42,020 bases of DNA from a virus (taxonomy: Duplodnaviria > Caudoviricetes). Positions 33,213-41,907 of the stretch are shown piece after piece (within the stretch, counting starts at the first letter, position 1; every line of letters starts with the position of its first letter). Below the pieces are notes generated by a model that had not been told where the DNA came from, ran no database searches, and saw only the letters and a program-made list of their open reading frames with translations. The stretch is from positions 1 to 42,020 of the IMG/VR virus record IMGVR_UViG_3300014501_000032. The stretch is one strand, 5' to 3'. The position numbers were made by a program, and so were the translations under genes.

Positions 33213-35150
33213 ATGCAACACCCTGACGATTTACTCGCCGACTTTGAGACGCGCAGCCGCGTGGATCTTAAAAAAGCGGGGGCCAGACGATACGCGACAG
33301 ATAATTCAACTGGCATCACGTCGGTTGTTTGGCAGTTCCACGGCATACGCAAACGTGCCTGCCCCGTACACCCGCATTTAGGAACGCACACGCTAGCAGA
33401 TCTATACGCCGACGCGCGGCAATGCCGCCGATTCGTCGCACACCATGCTAATTTTGACGTGAGCATTTTACGCGCGGTTAACCCCTTCCTAGATTTACCC
33501 CTGTCAAAGATCGATTGCACCATGGGCCGCGCGCAATCGCTGGCGCTCCCCGGCGGCCTCGACCAAGTATGCCAAGCACTTGGCATCCGTGGCAAAGACC
33601 CGCGCGGGCGCGAGCTGGTTATGAAGACCTGCCGACCGCAGCGCGACGGCACATTCAACGAAGATGTACAGACATTCCGCGAACTGCTGGAATACAACGA
33701 CGTTGACGTGGATTGCCTTATAGACTTGGACAATCGGCTGCCGCCGCTTACGCCGGACGAACGCCTGATATTCGAGCGCACATGGCGAAAGAACGAAATC
33801 GGTTTGCCGATCGACGTGCATCTTGCCACGGCTATCGCGATGCGACGGCAGGAAATCGAGCAAGAGAGCACCGCAACGCTGATGGAGCTGACACAGAACG
33901 CGGTAACGAAGCTATCGCAGCGCCAGCGCATTATTGAATGGTGCAACAGCGGCAACCGCGCGGCCGGGCTGGAGAGCACGCAAAAGCACATCGTCGCGGA
34001 AAAGCTGGCCGACGAAAATTTGCACCCCGACGTACGAATCGTTCTGGAATTGTTGCAGGCCGAAGGCGGCTCCGCGCCGCTCAAAGCGCAAGCATTGTTA
34101 GACCGTCACGTTAACGGCTTCTACAAAGACGCTACGCGGTACTTTGGCGCGCGATCGGGTCGAGGCACGTCCGAAGGCGTCAACACGTTCAACATTGCGC
34201 GGCCGTCCGGCAAATACGACGGACAGGACGGACGGCCAACAATTGATAGTGTCATTCAAGGTCTTAAGGTCGGATTCAAGTACAACAACATTGCACTGAC
34301 GGACTGCCTGCGCAGCTTGATTGTTGCGCCGCAAGATTGGATGGTTTGCGATAATGATCTGTCGAATGCAGAGTACCGTATTGCGCTGTGGATGGCCGGC
34401 GACACTGAACGTTTGACCGTGCTGGCAACTGGTGGTGATCCGTACATATACAACGCCATTGCCATGGGGCGCTGCCCACCTGGGTCTACAAAGAAAACAC
34501 ACCCGCACGAACGCCAGAGCTATAAATCCGTGACGCTGGGCGGCAACTATCAACTCGGCTGGAAAACGTACATGGCGCACCAACGCCGCGCCGGCAACAA
34601 CATGGACGAAATCAAAGCACGTTCCGATATTGACGGCTACCGGCAAGCAAACCCGCTTTTAGTATCGCTGTGGTACGCGCTCGCCGACGCATTCAAATTC
34701 GCTATCTATGAACAGCCGGGCCTTATTTTTCCCGCTGGCAAAATCTCTTTTCAGAAAGACAGTCACGGCACTATTTGGATGCTGTTGCCGTCTGGTCGGG
34801 CTGTGCCGCACTATTCTGCGCATATCACGTACGGCGGTGAAATGGCATTTTTCAGAGGGAAGTTCGGGGCGATGTTACGCCAGAAATGTTTTGGTGGGAG
34901 TTTGCTCGAAATTGCGGCGCAGTACATGACGCGGGATCTTGTGACGGCAGCCGAAGCCGACATAGAGCGCGAACTACCGGACGTGGTTTTGATTCTGGAC
35001 GTGTACGATTCTATTTTATCTCTTGCGCGTACGGAGGTTGCTGCTGTACGTTCGCATCAGATGCGCGAGATCATGCGGCGCCCACGTTCATGGACCTCAG
35101 GGCTGCCGCTGGATTGCGAAGGGTACGAGAGCGAGCGGATGCGGAAATGA
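33213..35150 (+). CDS. Family A DNA polymerase with 3'-5' exonuclease
   Basis: ExoI DFETRS, ExoII HHANFD, ExoIII YNDVDV; motif A DLSNAEYR, motif B RQSYKSVTLGGNY, motif C variant VYDS. Confidence 0.93.
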   Translation: MQHPDDLLADFETRSRVDLKKAGARRYATDNSTGITSVVWQFHGIRKRACPVHPHLGTHTLADLYADARQCRRFVAHHANFDVSILRAVNPFLDLPLSKIDCTMGRAQSLALPGGLDQVCQALGIRGKDPRGRELVMKTCRPQRDGTFNEDVQTFRELLEYNDVDVDCLIDLDNRLPPLTPDERLIFERTWRKNEIGLPIDVHLATAIAMRRQEIEQESTATLMELTQNAVTKLSQRQRIIEWCNSGNRAAGLESTQKHIVAEKLADENLHPDVRIVLELLQAEGGSAPLKAQALLDRHVNGFYKDATRYFGARSGRGTSEGVNTFNIARPSGKYDGQDGRPTIDSVIQGLKVGFKYNNIALTDCLRSLIVAPQDWMVCDNDLSNAEYRIALWMAGDTERLTVLATGGDPYIYNAIAMGRCPPGSTKKTHPHERQSYKSVTLGGNYQLGWKTYMAHQRRAGNNMDEIKARSDIDGYRQANPLLVSLWYALADAFKFAIYEQPGLIFPAGKISFQKDSHGTIWMLLPSGRAVPHYSAHITYGGEMAFFRGKFGAMLRQKCFGGSLLEIAAQYMTRDLVTAAEADIERELPDVVLILDVYDSILSLARTEVAAVRSHQMREIMRRPRSWTSGLPLDCEGYESERMRK

Positions 35151-35623
35151 AAATTTTAGATATGTCAGCCGGCAATCGCGCTGTATGGTTTGATAAAAAC
35201 TATCGCGACACCGTGTACGTCGATTTGCGAGCCTCAGTTAGCCCTACGATAGTTGCGGACACCCGCGCGTTGCCGCCCGAAATTGGCACTGACTACGATC
35301 TAATTGTTTTTGACCCGCCGCACGTAAATTTCGGTGCTAACGCCGAAATGTCTAAAACGTACGGGCACCACAGCACAGAGGACATTCGTTCGATCATCGA
35401 AGGATCGGCACGCGAAGCGCACAGAGTTTCAAAGACGGATGCTTTAATGGCATTTAAGTGGAATGACCACGACCAGTCATTTAAAAAGGTTTTAGGACTG
35501 ATGGCCTCGTGGTGGGAGCCTCTATTCGGCCACGCAACAGCCGTGAGAACTAAACACGCTTGCCAAACACAGTGGGTTATGCTCCGCCGACGCCCTACGC
35601 AAAAAATGCCGTGGCAAGCATGA
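35147..35623 (+). CDS. Class I SAM-dependent (amino-)methyltransferase
   Basis: Start MKILDMSAGNRAVWFDK; YDLIVFDPPH; FKWND. Confidence 0.85.
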   Translation: MKILDMSAGNRAVWFDKNYRDTVYVDLRASVSPTIVADTRALPPEIGTDYDLIVFDPPHVNFGANAEMSKTYGHHSTEDIRSIIEGSAREAHRVSKTDALMAFKWNDHDQSFKKVLGLMASWWEPLFGHATAVRTKHACQTQWVMLRRRPTQKMPWQA

Positions 35624-36129
35624 CCGTACAAGTAGGCCGTTTCATTATCCGCGACTTAAACCCGTGGGAAGGCGCTGCCTTGTTCGTACTGACAGGCAAT
35701 CCCGACGTGACGCGCTACATGGGCTTCCGTACGCACGAAACGGTGGACGAAGCAACGCAGCTCATAGAGCAATACCGCAACAGCGTCGCGAAGTGGCAAG
35801 CCGTATGCCCCGTGGACGATCACAACGACATTCTAGGCGTCGTCGGCTTGGAAGTCGCACGACACCAAGCAACCATGTCCATCATGTTCCGGCCTGATTG
35901 GAAAGCGCGTGGCGCCGGTCGCGAATTTTGCCGACCGTTCGTGCAATGGATCTTCACGCACCCGCAAACGTGGCGACTGTGGACGTATGTGCACATAAAT
36001 AATATCGGGGGCCAAAGGGTGACGGAACGCATGGGCGCCAAGCGCGAAGGACTGCTGGAGCGATTCGAGTTCTTCCCAAATATCAGCCCGGAGCCACAAT
36101 CATGTTTCATTTATTCCATCGTACGATGA
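35620..36129 (+). CDS. GNAT acetyltransferase (RimJ/RimL-like)
   Basis: Start MTVQVGRFIIRDL; PDVTRYMGF, WKARGAGRE acetyl-CoA motif, NIGGQRVTERMGAKREG. Confidence 0.85.
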   Translation: MTVQVGRFIIRDLNPWEGAALFVLTGNPDVTRYMGFRTHETVDEATQLIEQYRNSVAKWQAVCPVDDHNDILGVVGLEVARHQATMSIMFRPDWKARGAGREFCRPFVQWIFTHPQTWRLWTYVHINNIGGQRVTERMGAKREGLLERFEFFPNISPEPQSCFIYSIVR

Positions 36130-36467
36130 TCGCGCTTGTTCTGTTAACTTCAGCCGCAGAAGCGCGCGGGCGCTGCGATGGTTTCCACGGATGCCGTTGC
36201 GGTGTCACGGCAGCGCGGGAAGCCGGACTGCCTTACGACTACCGAGGCATTAATCTGAAACAAGCGATCGGCTGGCTGGCCTTTAGGCGCACCGATATAA
36301 GAGCCGGTGCCGTGGGCTACGTGCGCCGGGGCGGCCGGACCGGGCATGTCTTTACCGTCGTGTCGTACAACGGCGGCGCTACGGCAACTGTCAGAGACGA
36401 CGCTGGTACGTATGAGCGGAACGTACGCGGTGCTGTGTTTGTAACTCCGGGCGTTCTTAGAAACTAG
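36126..36467 (+). CDS. Secreted CHAP/NlpC-like small protein
   Basis: Signal-like MIALVLLTSAAEA; CG...A.GW.AF...G.V....GHV pattern. Confidence 0.55.
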   Translation: MIALVLLTSAAEARGRCDGFHGCRCGVTAAREAGLPYDYRGINLKQAIGWLAFRRTDIRAGAVGYVRRGGRTGHVFTVVSYNGGATATVRDDAGTYERNVRGAVFVTPGVLRN

Positions 36468-37111
36468 AACGACGCGAACGCCGAACCCAATCCGTTGAAC
36501 ATGGACCCAAGACCGCTACCTTTGGCGTCGCCTTGTTTCGCTTGCGCCTGCGCGAGTTGTGACGTGGCATTTATTTGTGCCGTATCAACGCCGGCTTGCT
36601 GGCCCGTCGCCGTCTGTCCGACGCCGATTGCCTGAAACATATTGCCGAGCGCACTTTCGAGTTGGCCGAACTGCTGATTGTTGCCGGATAGATATTCGTT
36701 GTACGCATTGTTTGCGTTCTGCGCGACGATGCCACTGTTGATAGTGCCGAGTGCTCGTTCATTGGATCCGGAAAGCAAATTGCCAGATGCGGCGGCACTG
36801 TTGTTCTGTACTTGGTCCGCCTGTTGCAACTGATATTGTGCAGCCGGCGTGTTCGTGTACGTAGACATAAATTGATTGTAGCCCTGCGTGCTATCCGCAG
36901 CGGCCGACACGCCACCGATCGCGTTCGTAGCGGTCGGCAAAAATGATTGACCGAACTGATCGTACGGCTGCGTACCGGCCGTGAAAGCTGACGCGTCGCT
37001 GTTTACGGCGTTTTGGCCCTGCTGAATATCTTGGGACCCTATCTCGGCACCGATTACGGTTCCAAGGCCGCCGCCAAAGCCAGTTGGTGCCGCCGGCGCT
37101 GCTACCGTCAT
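36464..37111 (-). CDS. DNA transfer/ejection protein (P22 gp7-like)
   Basis: PAAQYQLQQ...NSAAASGNLLSGSNERAL motif; Q/A/G-rich. Confidence 0.75.
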   Translation of the reverse strand: MTVAAPAAPTGFGGGLGTVIGAEIGSQDIQQGQNAVNSDASAFTAGTQPYDQFGQSFLPTATNAIGGVSAAADSTQGYNQFMSTYTNTPAAQYQLQQADQVQNNSAAASGNLLSGSNERALGTINSGIVAQNANNAYNEYLSGNNQQFGQLESALGNMFQAIGVGQTATGQQAGVDTAQINATSQLAQAQAKQGDAKGSGLGSMFNGLGSAFASF

Positions 37112-37159
37112 TGGCGAAGCCCTTGCATTTTGTATGACATTCGAGTAAGCATACCACCT

Positions 37160-37366
37160 ATGGGTTCCGAGCGCAAAACCGTAATGATAAGCGGCCGACT
37201 GCCTGCGGCCCTCGTGGAGCGCCTAGATTACGTTACCCGCAACATCGACAGTGAGACGGTAAAAAACCGCTCCGCAGCGCTCCGCGAAGCCCTGGAAGCG
37301 TGGCTGCCGGGTCGCGAAGATCGGCTACGGGAGCTGGGTGTACTCAGTGCCAAAAAGACGCGTTAA
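37160..37366 (+). CDS. Ribbon-helix-helix DNA-binding protein
   Basis: VMISGRLPAALVERLD...NRSAALREALEAWL. Confidence 0.8.
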   Translation: MGSERKTVMISGRLPAALVERLDYVTRNIDSETVKNRSAALREALEAWLPGREDRLRELGVLSAKKTR

Positions 37367-37724
37367 AAAGGCCCCCAAACAGCGGGGGCCGTCCGAAAAC
37401 GAGATTCATATGAAGTGCGCAAAATGGGTGCGCGACACCCACCCCGCGCTACTGATTTTTCACGTCGCCAACGAGCGCAAAGCCGCCCCGCAATACCACG
37501 TCAAATTAAAGCGGCTAGGCGTGCTTAAAGGCGTGGCGGATTTTCTCGTATTTCCGGTTGACGGCCGTAAATTCGCAATCGAATTGAAAGACGACAAAGG
37601 CGTGCAAGACGAAGACCAAGCCAAATTCCAGCGACGTTGGGAGTACACCGGGGGTTTGTACTTCGTCGCCCGTACAGTGGCGGAATTTCAGAATGTCGTT
37701 GACGGCATGATGATGTTTGGCTAG
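37338..37724 (+). CDS. VRR-NUC nuclease (Holliday-junction resolvase-like)
   Basis: SENEIH, FHVANE, GVLKGVADF, IELK, Q..FQ motifs; start uncertain. Confidence 0.88.
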   Translation: MYSVPKRRVKKAPKQRGPSENEIHMKCAKWVRDTHPALLIFHVANERKAAPQYHVKLKRLGVLKGVADFLVFPVDGRKFAIELKDDKGVQDEDQAKFQRRWEYTGGLYFVARTVAEFQNVVDGMMMFG

Positions 37725-38128
37725 GCGAACGCAACCCACGCCCCCGCAATCTTTGCGTACAGATTCGTACCAGCGCTGCCCGTATTATTGATGTATAAAT
37801 CTCCGTCGTTTCCAAGCCCGGAAGCCGGAACGCCGGAGCCGTTTTGAATTTGGTTGCGTGCCGTCAGCGTCGCGATATTGGCGGTGTTCGTCGCGATGTT
37901 GGCGGTGTTGGTCGCAACTTCTGTAGTGAGCGTAACCACTTCCGCAGCCAGTGTAGCTACCTGCGTCGCGAGCGCAGCCACTTGGGTAAACAACGCCGGC
38001 AGGCCGTCAACGCTACTTGGGTCGATAGTACCCTGACTGTTCAAAATACTTTGAAGTTCAATCAGCCACCGATTTAATTGCTGGAACTGCTGCGGCAACG
38101 TTGGCGGCGGCGGAAATTTAACTACCAT
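37721..38128 (-). CDS. Tail needle-like trimeric coiled-coil protein (P22 gp26-like)
   Basis: Start MVVKFPPPP (TAATG overlap); NTANIAT heptads; C-terminal GSGVPASGLGNDGDLY. Confidence 0.65.
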   Translation of the reverse strand: MVVKFPPPPTLPQQFQQLNRWLIELQSILNSQGTIDPSSVDGLPALFTQVAALATQVATLAAEVVTLTTEVATNTANIATNTANIATLTARNQIQNGSGVPASGLGNDGDLYINNTGSAGTNLYAKIAGAWVAFA

Positions 38129-39575
38129 TACGTACCTGCCGAAACATTCGCGAAAAGTTCGTCTATCGTGAACGGTGCTTGCACGCCGCCGTACTGCAAA
38201 CGAAACTGCCGCCGCCGTCCAGAGCCGAAGTCCCGGCCGATCGCGCGTTGGGTGCCGGGCTGCGGCATTGTGATTTGCCGCGCACCGCGCCACGTTACGG
38301 CTTTATCCTGGGACCAATCTAATTGGAAGTTTCCTGCCGCCGGACCCATTGACGACGTAACGTCGATTGAATTGTACGTCTGCCGCGTTTCTTCGCTGCC
38401 GAGCCACGGCGTAATTATTGTGCGCTGTAGCGTGCCGGCAGGTTCTGAGTTGTTATTTATATCAACCGTGCAAATCTGGCCCGTGTCCAGGCCGACGTAC
38501 GTAACGCCACCACTAAATTCCGTCGCACAACGGCCTGCGTGGTCCAGCCGGCCGCCCGGCGTCTGTCGGTAAGACCACACGCCAGTTGCGCCGCACAGTT
38601 CCAAAGTCCATTGACCGGGCAGCGTCAGTACGTAGAAATCGCCGCCGCCCTGCCCGTACGCGTAGGCTGTCAATGTTGCCAACTGTACAGCGGTAAGCTG
38701 TTGCAAAAGCAAATCGACCCATGGCGGCGATACTGCTTGGCCTGTCTGTCCTGTACAAAGCCATATGCGACGATCGGTCCCCACAAACATGATTATGTCG
38801 CGAAGAACTGCGAGAGACAGCCGCGCGGCCAGCCCCACGGAATAGAGCGAGTTTGGATAGGCTGTGAATGCGAAATCGGTTTGGCCGCCGGGATCGTACC
38901 ACTGTTCAAGGGATCGCGAGCCAAGCGGCCACAGCACAAGTCCCGACACCGCCAGATCTACAACGCGATCGGCGCGGGCTTCCTTCGTCGCAAAACTGTT
39001 TGGCAGCACGGTAGCCGGTGTCAGCGGTTGCGAACTGTACATCTTGCTGTCTTGACTGGCGTAGAAATTAGACGCCCCGGACCACACCGTTATGTTGTTC
39101 AGTTCCGCGACAGTGGACGGATCAAAATTAATCGACACGTCAAAACCTGCGTTGACGACACCAATGGCCGGCGTCATTACCGCAGTATAGCCGGTCCCGT
39201 ATTCTGCCGGGTTGTTGGTGTTCGCATTGGATGCAATGCACAGCGCCGTACGATCTTCGGCAAAACGAATTACCGGCTGTTGCGGGTTTACATCGACAAA
39301 GCCGGCCAGTGACGGCGCGTTAGTCTGTACGTCGTATAAATGGAGCCGTCCGCGTGCCCGCTCCATACTGTTCTAAGTGCTTGTCCTACCACAATGCACG
39401 GCGTGGCTGTTGGTTGGGAAACCTGCGTTAGCCCTGGAGCGCCAACGAGACGGGCTTTGCCGGGCTTGCCTTCTTTCATTTCGCGCGGTACTACGCGCAC
39501 GTTGACAAGTTTTCCCGCGCCTTCGTCTAGGTTCAGCGGATCTTGAAATGAGCCGAGTACGTCAATGACTGACAT
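38128..39575 (-). CDS. Tail hub / packaged-DNA stabilisation protein (P22 gp10-like), split by a 1-nt frameshift near 39335
   Basis: 39288-39575 supplies the N-terminus (LVN...LVGAPGL) and 38128-39366 the beta-propeller body (ATKEARAD, GSRSLEQW, LDWSQDKAVTW, GSGRRRQFRL). Confidence 0.78.
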
Positions 39576-39589
39576 GCACTACGCCCATG

Positions 39590-40273
39590 TCAGTTCCTCA
39601 CAAAGCGTAACCATTGCTGGCCTCTTGCGTAATCACGCCAGCGCGCATTGACGCGTTCCGCATCTATAATGATAGGGTCCGTTGGACTCAGCACGCGACC
39701 GTACGAACCCATGATGCGGCGCCCAAGCAACAGCGTAGCGTCGTGTATTCCTTCCGGCGGCAGCGCAACCACGTCGCTACCCGCTGGGTTGGAAATCAAA
39801 GCAAGTCGGCCGCCGTACTCAATAAGTGCATTGGCGGGAGCGCGCGGCGGCTGCCACGCTGTTACCAGCACAGAACCGTCCGTCTGCCGCTCTTGGTGCC
39901 ACTTGGTTACGATGCCGGGGTACGTCGTGCGTACAACGTCCGAAATCGGCGCCATGCGTGTTTCGCGGTTCACAGTCAGGTTTATATCGTTCATCCAGAT
40001 AGAGCGGATCGCTACCGCGTCAACCTGAACCAAATAGGAAGGACTGCCGTTACCGACAATGAACGAATAAACTTGTCCGTTGGTGCCGGGCGGCAGCGTC
40101 ACTGCGAGGCGCTTGATAAGGTACTGGCAAGCGCCGTCCGCCTGTTCGGCGCGTAGCAAGTCGTTTAGAATCGTGACGTTGTTTGCTATGTCCGTCGCTG
40201 TTGGCTGCTCCGTTTGGTCCACAATGCCAAACAGGTGCAGGCATTCCGTGATGATTTGGGCGGCGGTTGTCAT
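39590..40273 (-). CDS. Head-tail adaptor (P22 gp4-like)
   Basis: MTTAAQIITECLHLFGIV...PTATD......LNDLL and LPPE...A motifs; synteny. Confidence 0.75.
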   Translation of the reverse strand: MTTAAQIITECLHLFGIVDQTEQPTATDIANNVTILNDLLRAEQADGACQYLIKRLAVTLPPGTNGQVYSFIVGNGSPSYLVQVDAVAIRSIWMNDINLTVNRETRMAPISDVVRTTYPGIVTKWHQERQTDGSVLVTAWQPPRAPANALIEYGGRLALISNPAGSDVVALPPEGIHDATLLLGRRIMGSYGRVLSPTDPIIIDAERVNARWRDYARGQQWLRFVRN

Positions 40274-40274
40274 C

Positions 40275-40892
40275 TTAAACCTTAATCACGGCGGCCCACG
40301 GCGGCGACCATAGTTGATCGTTTGGCAAGTCAGGGTCCGTCTTGGTGACATTCGCGAGTTCGGTTGCTTCGTTGGGCGGCGTCACCGTACGGACGGAATT
40401 ACTCGGTAAAAACGTGCCATCGTATTCTTGCGGCACGATGGTTGTCAGATTGAACACCTTGCTTGACAGCGGCGCACTCGGCCCCATGAATGCCGCCGAC
40501 TTGCCAAGGCTGGCGTAGTACGGCACCGATGTAAGCAACTTGGCAAGCCGCGTGGCATCGTCCGGCGCGGCGGCCGGTGCGGCTGCAAAGACCGCCGTGG
40601 TGCCTTCCACGGGGCCGTTGCCCCAAATGGCGTCAAGGTTCCAACGGAGCGGCAGCGGTTCCGGCGGGGGCTCCACGGATTTGTCGGGGAACGCCTGGAA
40701 GTCAAAAATTTCCGGCCAGGGCTCCCAACAAGGGCGCGTGACGCGTCCGCTGGTCTTTGAGCATACCAGCAGTCCGGTAAGCCGCTCGCGCTTCAGGGTG
40801 CTGTAGAGCACGCGGGCGTTACAGCGCGAGCATGCGCCCCACGTAGCATAGGACGGGAACTTTGGCTTGGCTGTATGGTGCGGCGCTGACAC
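40275..40892 (-). CDS. Hypothetical virion-module protein with Cys motif
   Basis: WGACSRC...L..E..TGLLVC...CWEP pattern found after capsid genes in podoviruses. Confidence 0.65.
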   Translation of the reverse strand: MSAPHHTAKPKFPSYATWGACSRCNARVLYSTLKRERLTGLLVCSKTSGRVTRPCWEPWPEIFDFQAFPDKSVEPPPEPLPLRWNLDAIWGNGPVEGTTAVFAAAPAAAPDDATRLAKLLTSVPYYASLGKSAAFMGPSAPLSSKVFNLTTIVPQEYDGTFLPSNSVRTVTPPNEATELANVTKTDPDLPNDQLWSPPWAAVIKV

Positions 40893-40922
40893 GCGGGAAC
40901 TGTATCACATCGGCCGCGACGT

Positions 40923-40951
40923 AAAAAGCCCCCGGTTTGTAGCCGGGGGCC
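40923..40951 (-). terminator. Rho-independent terminator after major capsid gene
   Basis: Minus strand GGCCCCCGG-CTACAAA-CCGGGGGC-TTTTT. Confidence 0.85.
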
Positions 40952-40974
40952 AAGTTTAGGGATATCAAATACCC

Positions 40975-41907
40975 TTACGCATTGTCCGCGCCTGGGCTGA
41001 CATAAACGGTCCGCCAGTCCACAATGGAAGCGGCACACCGGAACCACAGCGCCATCAACTTGGCCTGATTGCTCCAGTTGCTATCTTCGCGCATTTCCAG
41101 CGAAGAACGCTCCCAAAAGGTGAAGCCCTGCCCGTTGTCCTTGTCCTGTTCGGACGTTTGGATGAAATAGTTGTCCTTGTCCACGAGGTACGGAGTCTCG
41201 ACAACTTCCGGCAGGGCGCCCGTCGATCGCAGGACGTTGATGTTGTTCGTCTGCGCGTTCCACTGCAACGGCGAGCCGAGAATACGCCGGGTTTCCGGGC
41301 CGCTTTCCGGCGACAGGATGACGCGGCGCGGCAGCTCGTTGATGATGAAGCCGCGACCGTTGCGCGTGTACGAAATCTGAATCACGGCGTTCTCGAATGC
41401 CAGTTCCGACACGTTCGCCGAAACAAGCAGATTGCTCTGCAAGCCGGAAGCGGTCGGATGGCTTGCCGAGCCGAGCGGCACGCCGTCTGCACGAACGCCG
41501 TTCACGGCATCCACGGCAACCTGGAGCGGCGCGTGTGCAATGTATTCTTCGGTCTGCCGTGCGCTGAACGCCAGTTCTTTCATCATGCGGGCGCCAACGT
41601 CTTCGTACAGGTTGTCGTCTTCGGCTTCGCGGGAGATTGCAACGGCGAGGCCGTACGAGGCGTGCGTGACCTGAGTGCGGTAGCCTTCGTTCGGCACGTC
41701 GAACTGGACCGGTTCCAATTCCGGCTGTTGAACGGCGAGGCCGAGGCCGGCGCGCTCAGTCATAAATTCTTCGAATGCTTTTTCCGAGGGCTTCGTGTCG
41801 AAAAACTGCGTGTAGATCAGTTGCAATCTTTCGTAGTCGAGTCCAAATAAAGCATAGAGGCCCGGCCAGTAGGCCGAGGGCTGAAGGCTGCGATCTATGA
41901 CTTGCAA
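40975..41907 (-). CDS. Major capsid protein
   Basis: 310 aa; PGLYALFG..Y, SEKAFEE, YGLAVAISREAEDDNLY, DGVPLGSASHP, NNIN, DWR motifs; GGAGG RBS with TTG start; followed by terminator. Confidence 0.9.
   Translation of the reverse strand: MQVIDRSLQPSAYWPGLYALFGLDYERLQLIYTQFFDTKPSEKAFEEFMTERAGLGLAVQQPELEPVQFDVPNEGYRTQVTHASYGLAVAISREAEDDNLYEDVGARMMKELAFSARQTEEYIAHAPLQVAVDAVNGVRADGVPLGSASHPTASGLQSNLLVSANVSELAFENAVIQISYTRNGRGFIINELPRRVILSPESGPETRRILGSPLQWNAQTNNINVLRSTGALPEVVETPYLVDKDNYFIQTSEQDKDNGQGFTFWERSSLEMREDSNWSNQAKLMALWFRCAASIVDWRTVYVSPGADNA

Noticed and set aside
34886-35146. Long N-terminal extensions in the ORF track (e.g. 34886, 29523, 14887, 21754, 38293, 9645)
   Set aside because: They overlap upstream genes; downstream starts with RBS or ATGA coupling fit the family N-termini better
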